The position numbers and the translations under genes are program-made. The notes beneath the pieces were generated by a model that saw only the letters and a list, made by a program, of their open reading frames with translations, was not told where the DNA came from and made no database searches. A stretch of 63,229 bases of DNA, filler included, from Octopus bimaculoides (lineage: Eukaryota): the NCBI RefSeq assembly GCF_001194135.2. It is 5 parts of 5 records of this genome, joined end to end, with 100 filler letters (N's around TTAATTAATTAA, not from the genome) between each part and the next. Parts side by side here need not be neighbours in the genome. Positions count along the whole stretch, not along the records: positions 1 to 28,644 come from NC_068984.1; 4 more parts are not named here. The stretch is one strand, 5' to 3'. This document shows positions 1 through 11,544 of this stretch, one piece after another (position 1 is the stretch's first letter; each line of letters opens with the position of its first letter).

Positions 1-318
1 TATCTGTCATTACAGTATCGAAATGTGATTGTTTCAGTTAGTGGAATAGTTTCATTTTTAAAGTGAAAGTATTTGACATGAGTGTTTTTGTTTCAATTTT
101 GACACGTAATACTTAAATAGTGGAGGAGATATTATGTTGCCGTGGGTTCGAACACTGCAAGAAGTTAAAAAACTTTTTGACTAAAACACAACTGGAACCC
201 TAAGTAAGGCATCTGTAAAATTTGAATTAAATTGGTTGCGTAGTTCTCGAGTTTTAGGTATTCACACAGACAGACAGACAGACAGACACACACACATTCT
301 CATATTTATATATATAGA
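1..318 (-). mobile_element. 5' end of a non-autonomous Helitron-like element (runs off the window start)
   Basis: Minus strand reads A|TCTATATATATAAATATGAGAATG(TG)nTCTGTCTG...CCTAAAACTCGAGAACTACGCAACCAATTT, closely matching the 5' end of the element at 51601, which has a canonical Helitron 3' hairpin and CTAG. Confidence 0.72.
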
Positions 319-544
319 TGTTTTGTAGCGTTTATATTTAACTCGTGTTAATATTGAATCGAACAGACATGTAATTAATCAAATCGGATTTTGAATACAC
401 ACACACACATACACACACACACACACATACACACACATACGCACGCACGCACGCACACACATACACACACAAACACACAGACATGCATTTGATATCTGAC
501 CTCATCGTTACAAAGAAGAAAATATTTTTAGTCTCCTCTTTTAT

Positions 545-1107
545 AATTTTATCGTTTACTTGTTTTAGTCAATGGACTGTGTCTATGCTGAGGTACCGTC
601 TTGAATGGTTTTAGTCGAACAAATCGACCCCAGTTGTCAAAAGGTGGGGGGCAAACATAACCACTAAGACACACACATACACACATCTAAATATACATAC
701 ATACGCGACACATATATAATACAAAGGCACACACACACACATTTAAGGAAAATAAGACAAGGTAGAAAATACTAAAATAATTTTATCATGAAGGACATTT
801 TAGTACCGGTTTCAGTCTTTGTGACTTTTTCAACTTAGAGTAAAGCATGAAAAACAATTAAATTGTGGAAAAATGAAATGAAATGTTTTTAAAAAATATT
901 TCTATAGTTTTCAAATGCGAGGGACATTTTCCTTTTTTTATAAACGATGAACTTCCACAAAGTTTCCGTCCACCAACTCCACTCACAAGGCTATGGTCGG
1001 CCTGGGGCAATAGTGGGAGACGCTTGCCACGGTGCCACGCAGTGAAATTGAACTCGAAACTATGTAGTTGAGGAGCAAACTTCTTACCACACAGCCATGT
1101 CCGCGTC
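545..1107 (-). mobile_element. SINE type B (tRNA head, CORE-like GCACCTTGGGCAAGTGTC block), degraded and split by microsatellite/other sequence
   Basis: 3' part at 545-700 and head at 940-1107 match the copies at 17645-18085, 21435-21926 and 37335-38110. Confidence 0.7.
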
Positions 1108-2679
1108 TATAAAAAAGCTTTCTTTGTTTAAATGTTGTTTTTTTTAAATTAGAGGGTGAATAAATTTGAGAAAATGAGAAAAAGTTACAAAAGTCGAGAT
1201 AAATATTCATGGACAATACAAAAAAAAAATTCTCTGGGGATCGGGGGCTTCCTCTTCGCTCCTATCTTGGCCTTTTATTGTCCATGCAATTAGCGTACAA
1301 ATTATATACAATCGTCATAACAAACAGTAATACATCTAAAGATGTATTCCATATGTCCTATAATACATGTTCTATAAAATAAAACTTTGTCAACGGGCCA
1401 ATAATGTGTTCGGTCTCGCTACCAAAAATAATGTTAATATTCAAATTTGTCTATCTCGTTTACTTTAGCCACTAATATCAGTGAGTTTATAAGTAGTATG
1501 TTCCTTGTTAGGCTGAGAAGATACATAGCTGCTGGTGACGACCCCATCAAGTATAGAAACACGCTGCTCTTCCGACTTTTCTGTCCACGCATACATGAAA
1601 CAGAGAAATTAGCTACAAGGACCGTAACAGTGTTGGTTAAAAGCATCCTCTAGATATCTTCTATTTACATGATAGACATGAAACGAAACACTGTTAAATG
1701 CGAGTAATTTAATATTCAATACAAATACACACACACACACATACACATTAAGAAATGTTTTAAAAAGAATTCTTGATAGTCACAGTATTATTAATTTTAT
1801 GAAATAAATCTTACTAAGTAACAGAATAACAAATATTTTGAAAGAAATTTTTTGTATCGTGTAAGGGCTTTCATAGTTTACAGTTTTTCAAACACACATG
1901 ACATAGTGTAGAGGAAATTGTTTTTAGTAGTGGTGTTGACTATTTCAGGGTTAGTTTCGGATTAAAACTTCTTAAAATGTATTGTTCTTCTGCCTTTCGT
2001 AGTTGATCCGTTCCATCCCTTGTTTTGAAAAAGAAAAAAAAGAATATTTTGAATTTTTTATTCGTGCAAATGTCTAGATGTTCACTAAAGGAAACATTTC
2101 TAAGAAATGAATGTTTGATTTGTTGCTTGTGTATTCTTACCCGATATATTAATTTCGATCCGGCCTACGTGATATAATTCCCATTCAGTGAACAATGCTA
2201 CTAAAAACAACTTCCTCTATACAGATTATCTCATTACGCGTGTGTGAAAAGCTTTAAACAGCAAAAGTGCGCGTATACAATACAATAATTCCTTTTCAAA
2301 AGGTTTGTGTCATTCTGTCTTTTAAGTTGTTTGAAATACAATTAATAATTTTAAAGAAAATCCTTGATATATATATATATATATATATATATANNNNNNN
2401 NNNNNNNNNNNNNNNNNNNNNNNNNNNNNNNNNNNNNTGTATATATATATGTATACATATATATATGTATGTATATACATACATATATATATGTGTGTGT
2501 TTGTATGAGTGTGTGTGTGTGTATGCATGCATGTATGCATGTATGTATGCGTATATATGCATATATGCATGTGACTGTTTATTTTTTTATATACCATTGT
2601 ACGTAAAACTCAAGCTCTTTATGTCTGAAAGCAATGAATAGTGTCGAATATTCTCTGATTATCTTATAATGCTATATTA

Positions 2680-2930
2680 GATAATTATCAACACTGCTGA
2701 GGTGTCTCACCATTTCGAGGAACGTTCTTGTAACAAAGTTACACTTGATTTATGAAATCACGTGTAACTTTGCGAGAGTCCGCTCAAGAAATGTATTATT
2801 CCGCCATCTTATTAATAACTGCGGATAAATTTATTTCGTTTGTTGACAAGTGGTGGTGTGTGAAATGCATTTTTGATTAGATATTGTCTCATTGAAATTT
2901 CGGATTTCAGAGATTTTTCAGTCTAGCAGT
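2680..2930. repeat. Unclassified diverged interspersed repeat, copy 1 (homolog at ~7130-7390)
   Basis: Shared colinear blocks: TAATTA(T/G)CAACA(C/T)TGC..AGGTG.CT.ACCATTTC, AAATCACGTGT.A.TTTGCGAGA, TGAAAT.CAT, AAATTTCGGA. Confidence 0.55.
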
Positions 2931-3369
2931 TATCATAATGAACAATATCATTATTATAAATCAACGTTACTGTATTAAATGGATTACTCTGAAGAAGCTT
3001 TTGTTATATTAATTGTCTACTTTGAATGATATCTTAGACTTTTGGAACCAGAGAGGAAGGATGAAAAATGGTTTTATTTCTATTAAATTGGAGGGGACAG
3101 CAGCCGATGACTATAAAGCCATAGAATGATCTAAAATTTCAAAAGTGGAGATTGAAGATGCCATTACCTATTGTTCGAGTGCAAATAATTCAATAGCATA
3201 TGAATTTACAAAATACACTCAGTTCTGTTTGACAAATATTAAAATATCGTAATCTTGCCATATTATTTAAAGATCTTTTTTGCCAGCAACTTAGGCAGAG
3301 AAGTCACTCGAGAGGCAGTTTTACCATAGCTTTGCTTTGCTTTATAAAGCTGTAAAAACCTTGGCTTTA

Positions 3370-4110
3370 TGTCAGTGCTTCCTAAACTAGCTTGTAGAAT
3401 CTCTATATAATAATAGCAGTCGATATATACGTTGCTTGGTTGGTTGATTCTCTTCTGTCACACTTTACAGAGAGAGAAAGTGTGACAGTCGTTTATGTAT
3501 GTGATATTGTTGTTAGGTTTATAGTAAAGTTGTTGGGAGGAGGTATTAGTGTTGAGTGTGGACTCTTTCAAGAACCTTCCTAAATCTTCGGGCTAGTTCT
3601 CCATGGGCTGTGGCCTCTACAAACACTTATTGATATTTGTCGGCCTTGTATCACGTGTTCACCCTGTTTGCTTTGTCACAAACTCTTTGCATCCTATTCC
3701 AGTCTTTACTTCTATATCTAGGGTAGGTACAACTAGTTTCATTACATATAATGCTATCTAACTTTTTTCTAGCTCCCCTGTATACCTGAACCCTATCTTT
3801 CTGGTCATATCCGGAGAATTGTATGTGGTGCATGAAGTTCTGTACATGTTTCTTTGTTTCATAGGGTTTGCATAGTGGGGACACGTTGTTCATTATCTTA
3901 AGTCTGCTATCAGTATGTTGATTGTCATGTTATGTAACAAAGCTGAATTCTTGTGAACAACATATCTAGACGCTCTGGGTTTCATTTAATAGGAGTGGAG
4001 GAGCTGCACTCTGTTGTTCACATTCTCTAACCAAATTTCTGTTTCAAGGACAGGGAGTCTAGTGGGGTAATGGGGTAATTAAAATCTTTGAACTCCTGCA
4101 ATTTCAATCG
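3370..4110 (-). mobile_element. Penelope-like element remnant (RT thumb to degenerate GIY-YIG)
   Basis: Minus-strand translation with stops/frameshifts: RLPVLETEIW...LLHSY*MKPRASRYVVHKNSAL...HIQFSGYDQKDRVQVY...PRYRSKDWNR...VFVEATAHGELARRFRKVL. These motifs are typical of PLE C-terminal halves. Confidence 0.75.
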
Positions 4111-4399
4111 CTCCGGATTGAATTTAAATGTAAATTTTCAATATTAACTATGTTTGATGTGTAAGTTGATCTAAAATTTAACACATATTTAAAAAGCCTT
4201 CAATACTTCGAATACTCACTGATTCTAGCTTAGGCATTTCTCTGCAAGCATTAACCACATGCTGCTTCACTCGGAATCACCTCTTTGAATATTGGTAATT
4301 AATTAAAGATGAAATTAATAAACTGAAATTAATAAATTATACTTTCAAAGTCGTCAGGGCGTTTATAAGTTGATGAAGCCAACAGAAGTGTTGGCAAAA

Positions 4400-5560
4400 A
4401 CAGTGAACTACTATGCATCTACCATTAACAAATACACAAAGCTAGCTGTAATGTTTTGAGCTAAATTCACAAAAATCCTCATTTCAGTATTGATGACCAT
4501 CGGTCGGTACATTATCAAGTGCCCTTATCTTCTTGGAAGCAACATTTTGCATTTTATGAGACAAATAGTTATTCCAATTTACACTATTGCCGTTTGGAGT
4601 TAGAAATTGAATACTAATTTTTGAGGTAAGATCTGAAATCTAAACAAATAAGTAATATAATACGCTGGGAGATATTTTTGTAGCAAGGTAAAGAGAGAAA
4701 TTGTTAAAAACTTTAAAAAGAAGCAGCTCATTATTTTGATGATGCAGTGATATGTAGAGAAAATAAAATCATCCATTATGAAAATTTGAAAGCTTTCCTT
4801 AAATATACTCATTAGGTAGGATTGTTATTCAACTCTAAAAAAATGAACTCAGCATGGCAGTGTCAGTATTTTTAGGTCACATTTTAGAGAAAGTAAGATG
4901 CTACCAGACCCTCAGAGATTGATGCTACTATATGAGTTACCTGTTTTTGGAAATTCCAAGGAATTTGAGCGATTTATTGGATTAACTGTGTTTTATTCAA
5001 AATGGGATAAAACTGCAGTATCCTAGTTTGTAGCTAAAGAATACCAACTTATATAATTGTCAGCTGAATGACTCGAAGTAATTAAGAAACGGAAAGATAG
5101 TGCTTCAGTAGCTTCATTATTTGTTTCAACGTTTAGTTAATTTCATTTGAAACAAATGCATCTCTATCGTTAATAGGTTCTATTCTAATGCAAAATGGGC
5201 AACCAATTTGCTTCTATTCACATAAATTGAATAACATTGAAAAGAAATGAACCTCTGTAGAATTAGCCCCTTTGCAATAAGTTGAAAAAAAAAATGAATT
5301 ACAGATCAATAAGGAATAAATTTCGTTGGAGATTACTTATTTCACAGCTCTCAATACGAAATACATTAGCGTCTTGGAATTCGGTCGCATAAGATTTAAG
5401 TATAATTTATGCAGATGCTAAAGATAATGAATAGAAGTCAAATTATGAGCAGATTAATATAACAATGGAAATTCATCAATAGATAGGACGCCCTGGCTTA
5501 CATAGACAAGAGAAATTGTTTGTATGAAAGGATTCAATTATAATGACTCATTAAGAAGCA
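4400..5560 (+). mobile_element. Heavily degraded Ty3/Gypsy pol fossil (RT-RNase H-start of integrase)
   Basis: Colinear fragments across frames: VNYYASTINKYT, SIDDHRSVHYQVPL, HYFDDAVIC (YxDD-like), FLGHIL, LPDPQRL..LYELP, ERFIGLTVFYSKW, ETNASLSLIGSILMQNGQPICFYSHKLN, HQ*IGRPG. Confidence 0.68.
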
Positions 5561-6548
5561 CGTTATGGATAAAATTAGTTTATGTAATTTCAGTGCAAAG
5601 TTAAAACCTCGGATCATAAAAATAACAAGGAACAATTTATGCAATCAGCAAAAACAAAAACAAAAATAAAACCTCAGTAGGACCAGGACTATGACCAATT
5701 AATACAACTCTTGTGTTTTGACAGTAGTCAATTGTTTTATAGTTATCATTTTGCTTTAGCCTTAAGAAAAGGAATTTTTCAATCTGTTATTAAATGCCTC
5801 TCCCCATTATTCATTGTGGCATTGAATTTGAAAGAACTAAATTCTAGAAATTTTTAATTAGATGGAATATTAAAAAAAAATTGAACAACTCATAACAGTC
5901 CTTCATCAAACGAATAAGACGAACAACACAGTGGAGAGTGATATAGAAAACTACTCAGTTGTTTCTAATGGAGCAAAAAAGGTGTGGAAAGAATTCTCAT
6001 TTGTTTTAATGAATATTAGATTATTACCTTCCAGATTTTTTTAAAATGTTTAATTTTACTCATATTTCAACACTGGAGAAACAAGAAGATTTTAACGTTA
6101 ATTCTCCGACTTTGACTAACTGCATTCTGATCGAGTTGTCCTTGAAAATCAATACATCTATAAAAATCAAACAAAATACAAAACAGATTATCTACTAACA
6201 AAAATGATTTTTTAATTGAAAAGATGTTAAGGAAATATTGTCTTATCACCACGTCTTGATTTAATTTGCATCAGAGACAGGGATGACAGATAGGGTCCCA
6301 ACTATTTGTCCAGATCTCTTGAATTTAAGACTTGATAACGTTGATGAAAACTGTAAACCTTTGCTCATGCCTTTCTTTCTCGAGTAAATACCTATACGAT
6401 TACGATGATGTATCTGTTCATTCTTAAAAGAGGTTCTGGCAGATTCGGACGTGAACGTCTGATCGTTGTTTTTCAACAGAGAGTAACTCCCTTTAGACAA
6501 TGTTTGTTCATAACGCACACGATTCACTGTGTAAAGTTATTTCAAGAC

Positions 6549-6595
6549 ACCGCAGTGTTTCGACCTCGTTGTGTGTCTCCTCAGTCAACGTTATC
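6549..6595 (-). ncRNA. Candidate minimal type-I hammerhead ribozyme
   Basis: Minus strand: GTTGA-CTGAGGA-GAC[ACACAACGAG]GTC-GAAA-CAC[TGCG]GTG-TC^TTGA. Core CUGANGA and GAAA are intact, stems II and III form, and the cleavage triplet is GUC. Stem I is weak (4 bp, two G-U). Confidence 0.55.
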
Positions 6596-7129
6596 CCACC
6601 GGACCGATGAAGCTAACAAGAACACGAGTCCTTGTTCATAGGAATTAGCATCTAAATTATTTGCTGATGCAGGATGATGTCTGCCAAACAGATAACAATT
6701 CATGGTGTGCACATAGAACAGCATTTAACGGAAGGAGGTATTCTCCGATGACGAACAAACAACAGCGATCAAATATTCACTTTGAAATCTATCAGAATGT
6801 TTTGAGAATGAATAGGTATATTATTTAGTTTCTCGCTGTTCTGCGCGCACTCCGTGAATAATAATGATGTTATAGTTTTGGAAAGAGTCGACGGTGAGGT
6901 CATGTCAAATCGCCATGCAAGCAACAATTACAAAAGACTAAAGACACCAAGAAAATGTCTGTTTATTTGAATAATTGTATGAATAATACTAAACAATAAC
7001 TTCATCTTTTCTGTATTTTGTGTTACTAACTACAATGTTTTTGAGTTACTTCTGAATAATTAACGTGTAGATATTACTTCTAAACGCTCTTTAATTTCGG
7101 TGCGGTAAGTGCATATTGAATATTCTATA

Positions 7130-7390
7130 ATTATATACTTTTACACGAAATAATTAGCAACATTGCGGAGGTGGCTTACCATTTCAAAGTACATAGAAAC
7201 AGCAGAGTGATATTAAATCACGTGTTATTTTGCGAGAATTCGGTGCATATCCGTTATTGACCAGTATGAAGCCAGCCAAATCGCTGCGTTATTAATAAAT
7301 ATGCATGAAATGACTATATGCCGACAACGTCTGGTATGAAATACATCTCTGATAATGTATCGACTCTTAAATTTCGGACGACAACAATAA
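7130..7390. repeat. Unclassified diverged interspersed repeat, copy 2 (homolog at ~2680-2930)
   Basis: Colinear shared blocks with 2680-2930. Confidence 0.55.
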
Positions 7391-7635
7391 GTTAAGTATT
7401 CAATCGATAGAGATCGTTAGAATAAGTACTAAACTGAAATAACCACAGGATCGATGTGATCAACTAAAGCCGGCTCAACATAACTGCTGGTGGATGACGT
7501 AAACCAATACGAAAGAATAAAAGACAGGTGTGTGCGCGCGTGCGCGTGTTTGAGTGTGTGTGTGTGTGTGTGCTTATACCTATCTCTCTATAAGTACGTA
7601 CGTACGTATGTATGTATGTATATTTACACACACGC

Positions 7636-7682
<47 letters not shown>

Positions 7683-7715
7683 CACACACACACACGCATA
7701 TAAAAGTTAAAAGAC

Positions 7716-7878
7716 ACATAATAAATGCATAAACAAACACAGACACAGACACAGAAGGCCGCCAAATCCTCGTCAGCTTAAGGCGCAAAATTGCGTTGAT
7801 CTTTTGGTTGATAATTGATGAGGATTTGGCGACCTTCTGTGTCTGTTTTCCGTTTGTTCGTGCATTTATTTATTATGT
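7716..7878. repeat. Long imperfect inverted repeat / hairpin
   Basis: 7745-7780 pairs with 7812-7846 (35 bp: 1 mismatch, 2 G-U, 1 bulge) around a 31-nt loop. Looser pairing extends to ~7716/7878. Confidence 0.85.
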
Positions 7879-8515
7879 ATTTTAATTNNNNNNNNNNNNN
7901 NNNNNNNNNNNNNNNNNNNNNNNNNNNNNNNNNNNNNNNNNNNNNNNNNNNNNNNNNNNNNNNNNNNNNNNNNNNNNNNNNNNNNNNNNNNNNNNNNNNN
8001 NNNNNNNNNNNNNNNNNNNNNNNNNNNNNNNNNNNNNNNNNNNNNNNNNNNNNNNNNNNNNNNNNNNNNNNNNNNNNNNNNNNNNNNNNNNNNNNNNNNN
8101 NNNNNNNNNNNNNNNNNNNNNNNNNNNNNNNNNNNNNNNNNNNNNNNNNNNNNNNNNNNNNNNNNNNNNNNNNNNNNNNNNNNNNNNNNNNNNNNNNNNN
8201 NNNNNNNNNNNNNNNNNNNNNNNNNNNNNNNNNNNNNNNNNNNNNNNNNNNNNNNNNNNNNNNNNNNNNNNNNNNNNNNNNNNNNNNNNNNNNNNNNNNN
8301 NNNNNNNNNNNNNNNNNNNNNNNNNNNNNNNNNNNNNNNNNNNNNNNNNNNNNNNNNNNNNNNNNNNNNNNNNNNNNNNNNNNNNNNNNNNNNNNNNNNN
8401 NNNNNNNNNNNNNNNNNNNNNNNNNNNNNNNNNNNNNNNNNNNNNNNNNNNNNNNNNNNNNNNNNNNNNNNNNNNNNNNNNNNNNNNNNNNNNNNNNNNN
8501 NNNTTACACACACGC

Positions 8516-8564
<49 letters not shown>

Positions 8565-8572
8565 TATATATA

Positions 8573-8710
8573 TTCTTTATTTGTGAATTAAAGCTACCAT
8601 TGGTTTCACCTTTCTCCATATGATCGACTTGAAAATTGTTAAGATACTTGGATATTCTCCTACTTTTCTGAACATGAAACCAATGGTAGCCTTAATTCAG
8701 AAATAAAGAA
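8573..8710. repeat. Inverted repeat / hairpin (36-bp arms, 66-nt spacer)
   Basis: TTCTTTATTTGTGAATTAAAGCTACCATTGGTTTCA (8573-8608) is the reverse complement of 8675-8710 with 2 mismatches. Confidence 0.85.
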
Positions 8711-8904
8711 ATTATTTATTCACCAATGCGGTGTTGAGCATTCATTCTTCCGGGATAAACTTGAACTCCAGTAAGAGCATTTATTTATGGCATATGCACA
8801 CACTTCTACAAAAATGCAAAAGGAATTGTTATATAAAGTAAACATAAAATTAATGGAAACAATTTTCACAGTATTATATATTCTAATTTCAGAGTTATGT
8901 TACT

Positions 8905-9320
8905 TTCGGAGTATTTTCCCCATTATGCGCTGTTTTGGCTGTATTTGAAGGTACTCCCAAAAACCGCGTATCTCGGGAATCCGTGGTCCGATTTACGCGA
9001 AACTTGTTTTATTCCGTTTGTATTCACATTACAGGGTACCATACTTTCAGAGTATTTTCCCATCATATACCGGTTTGGCTATATTCAATTACAGATAAGC
9101 ACGCACGCAAGCAAGCAGTCACACAATTTTAATAGTACCCCCCCCACAAAAAAATTGCGTATCTCGGTGATCCGTGGTCCGATTTATGCGAAACTTGTTT
9201 TATTCCATTTGTATTCACATTTCAGGGATATTTTCAGAGTATTGTCCCATTATGCGCCGGTTTAGCTGTATTAAATAATAATACACAAGCAAGCAATCAC
9301 AGATTTTTAGTATATATATT
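8905..9320. repeat. Two ~190-bp tandem sub-repeats, resembling DINE/Helitron-derived non-autonomous elements
   Basis: GCGTATCTCGG..ATCCGTGGTCCGATTTA.GCGAAACTTGTTTTATTCC.TTTGTATTCACATT occurs at ~8967 and ~9157. TTTC(A/G)GAGTATT.TCCC.AT occurs three times. The stretch ends in CAAGCAAGC...TAGTATATATATT. Class assignment is an inference. Confidence 0.6.
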
Positions 9321-10872
9321 CACACTCAAACACCAAAATACATATTGAACTCACGCTTATATACTATATGTATACATTCAAGTGCGTCTATATACATACA
9401 ATGACACCCACATATATATGTAGGTTTGAGCATATAGGCTTAAGAAAGAGGTAGAGGACAATTTTGTGAATGATCGCACTCAAGAACATACGCATCCTCT
9501 GCCCTGTACACGCACGCACACACACACACACAACTCTACTCGCACTCATATCAAGCATACATACTAGAAGCTACATACAATAAAGTTTCTCAAAATTTTC
9601 CTATTTTACTAGACCAAGTTTTCAGAACCTATAAGATAATTAAAAAAAATTTAGTATTGCAATTTTGCGAATACGCATTAAAATATCATTGTGTTACCAA
9701 AATTTAGTTACTTTGTGTAATTCAATGATTTCTTAATGAAGTCATTAAAAGTTTGTGATTTGTGAGAGCATTAATATTTGAAAGTGAAAATGTTAGTTNN
9801 NNNNNNNNNNNNNNNNNNNNNNNNNNNNNNNNNNNNNNNNNNNNNNNNNNNNNNNNNNNNNNNNNNNNNNNNNNNNNNNNNNNNNNNNNNNNNNNNNNNN
9901 NNNNNNNNNNNNNNNNNNNNNNNNNNNNNNNNNNNNNNNNNNNNNNNNNNNNNNNNNNNNNNNNNNNNNNNNNNNNNNNNNNNNNNNNNNNNNNNNNNNN
10001 NNNNNNNNNNNNNNNNNNNNNNNNNNNNNNNNNNNNNNNNNNNNNNNNNNNNNNNNNNNNNNNNNNNNNNNNNNNNNNNNNNNNNNNNNNNNNNNNNNNN
10101 NNNNNNNNNNNNNNNNNNNNNNNNNNNNNNNNNNNNNNNNNNNNNNNNNNNNNNNNNNNNNNNACGTATCAGAAAAGTGTTGCAAAATTGAATCTTTTGT
10201 GTATTAACGTAGAAGAGTTTTGTTTTCAAAACACTCCACATCACTTTGAGCTGCCTGGTTACATCGGAGTTTTAGAAGACACTTAAATGCATTAATTTTG
10301 TTCTGGACTTTCAAATATAATATAACGGTATTCTGCAATCAAACACTGACCTTCTTTCAAGTAAGTGAATATATAAAAAAGTTACAGATTTTTTTTTTTT
10401 TTGTACTCAACACCAATCTTTAACTTTTTTCTGGAAGTTCAAAGTGAATTTTAGGTAGAAATAAGATAATTTCTTCACTCAAATTTTAAAATCTGTGCTC
10501 ACACTTTTTCGTATAGATGATCAATGCATTTCAGCGTGGAGCAATAAAGTTGCATACAGACTCTCCATGTTATTACATTGTAAACTGAAGATTTAATTTC
10601 AGATCTTAAGGGATAAGTTTCACTGCTAATGCTTGGCAATGAAAAGTTTGGTACTTATTCTATCGGTGCCTTGGTCGGCCCAGAGCTTAAGAAAACGCTT
10701 ACCTAAGGTACTGCACACCGGAACTGAACCCAAAATCATGCAGTTGTAAAACGAATTTCTTAATCACACAACCATGTCTGCCTCAAACGCACTTCAAAAT
10801 GAATTAAGATTTAGAAAAAAAAAATCGCACGAACAAATAGAAAATTTACTCTAATCTAAACATAAATGTCAA

Positions 10873-10932
10873 CGAGTCTCTCTCTCTCTGTATCGCCCTC
10901 TCTCTTTCACTTATTCATTCATTCTCTCTCTA

Positions 10933-10969
<37 letters not shown>

Positions 10970-11112
10970 TTCGTTCATTCATTCTCTCTCTCTCTCTCTT
11001 TTATTCGTTCATTCATTCTCTCTCTCCGCCCTCTCTCTCACTCTCTCTCTCTTTTATTCGTTCATTCATTCTCTCTCTTCGCCCTCTCTCTCACTCTCTC
11101 TCTCTCTATATA
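10873..11112. repeat. Compound (CT)n / ATTC minisatellite
   Basis: Repeated units of (CT)n-TTTTATTCGTTCATTCATT. Confidence 0.9.
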
Positions 11113-11544
11113 TATAGAGAGAGCAAAAGTATACTGTTCCGTGATGGTGAGATCAACAAAAAAAAAGCACTCCATCTAGTGAGGGAGATGAATTTTACTT
11201 AATAAACACAATATATGTTTTTATGAGTTACTATGAGTTTCATTTGATGAAAACAGCTCAGATAGCATTTTTCAACATGTCTGGTGCCTTCACGCAATCC
11301 TCAGGCAGTGCTCACATGGAACAGCAAGGTAAAAATAGGATGATAGGACGAGAGAATAAACGAGAAAAGGCGAGAAGGAAGTAGATATAAAAAATAAAAA
11401 AATAGAAGGTTGAAAAATCGGAAAACGAAAAAGAAAACGGAAAAAGCAAGAGGAGGATAATTAGAGCTATGTCCGTAAAGTTATAAGGCTGAAAGGATAG
11501 TGACCTAGAGTTTGCGGTACAACTGCTCAATCCAGAGAGAGTGG

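Noticed and set aside
1434-1653. Overlapping 68-70 aa ORFs as a gene or LINE fragment
   Set aside because: No recognisable motif or convincing splice signals.
3455-3470. In-frame TGA at a CxxC-like position in the PLE fossil as selenocysteine recoding
   Set aside because: The copy has many other stops and frameshifts, so one TGA is expected from decay, and no SECIS was identified.
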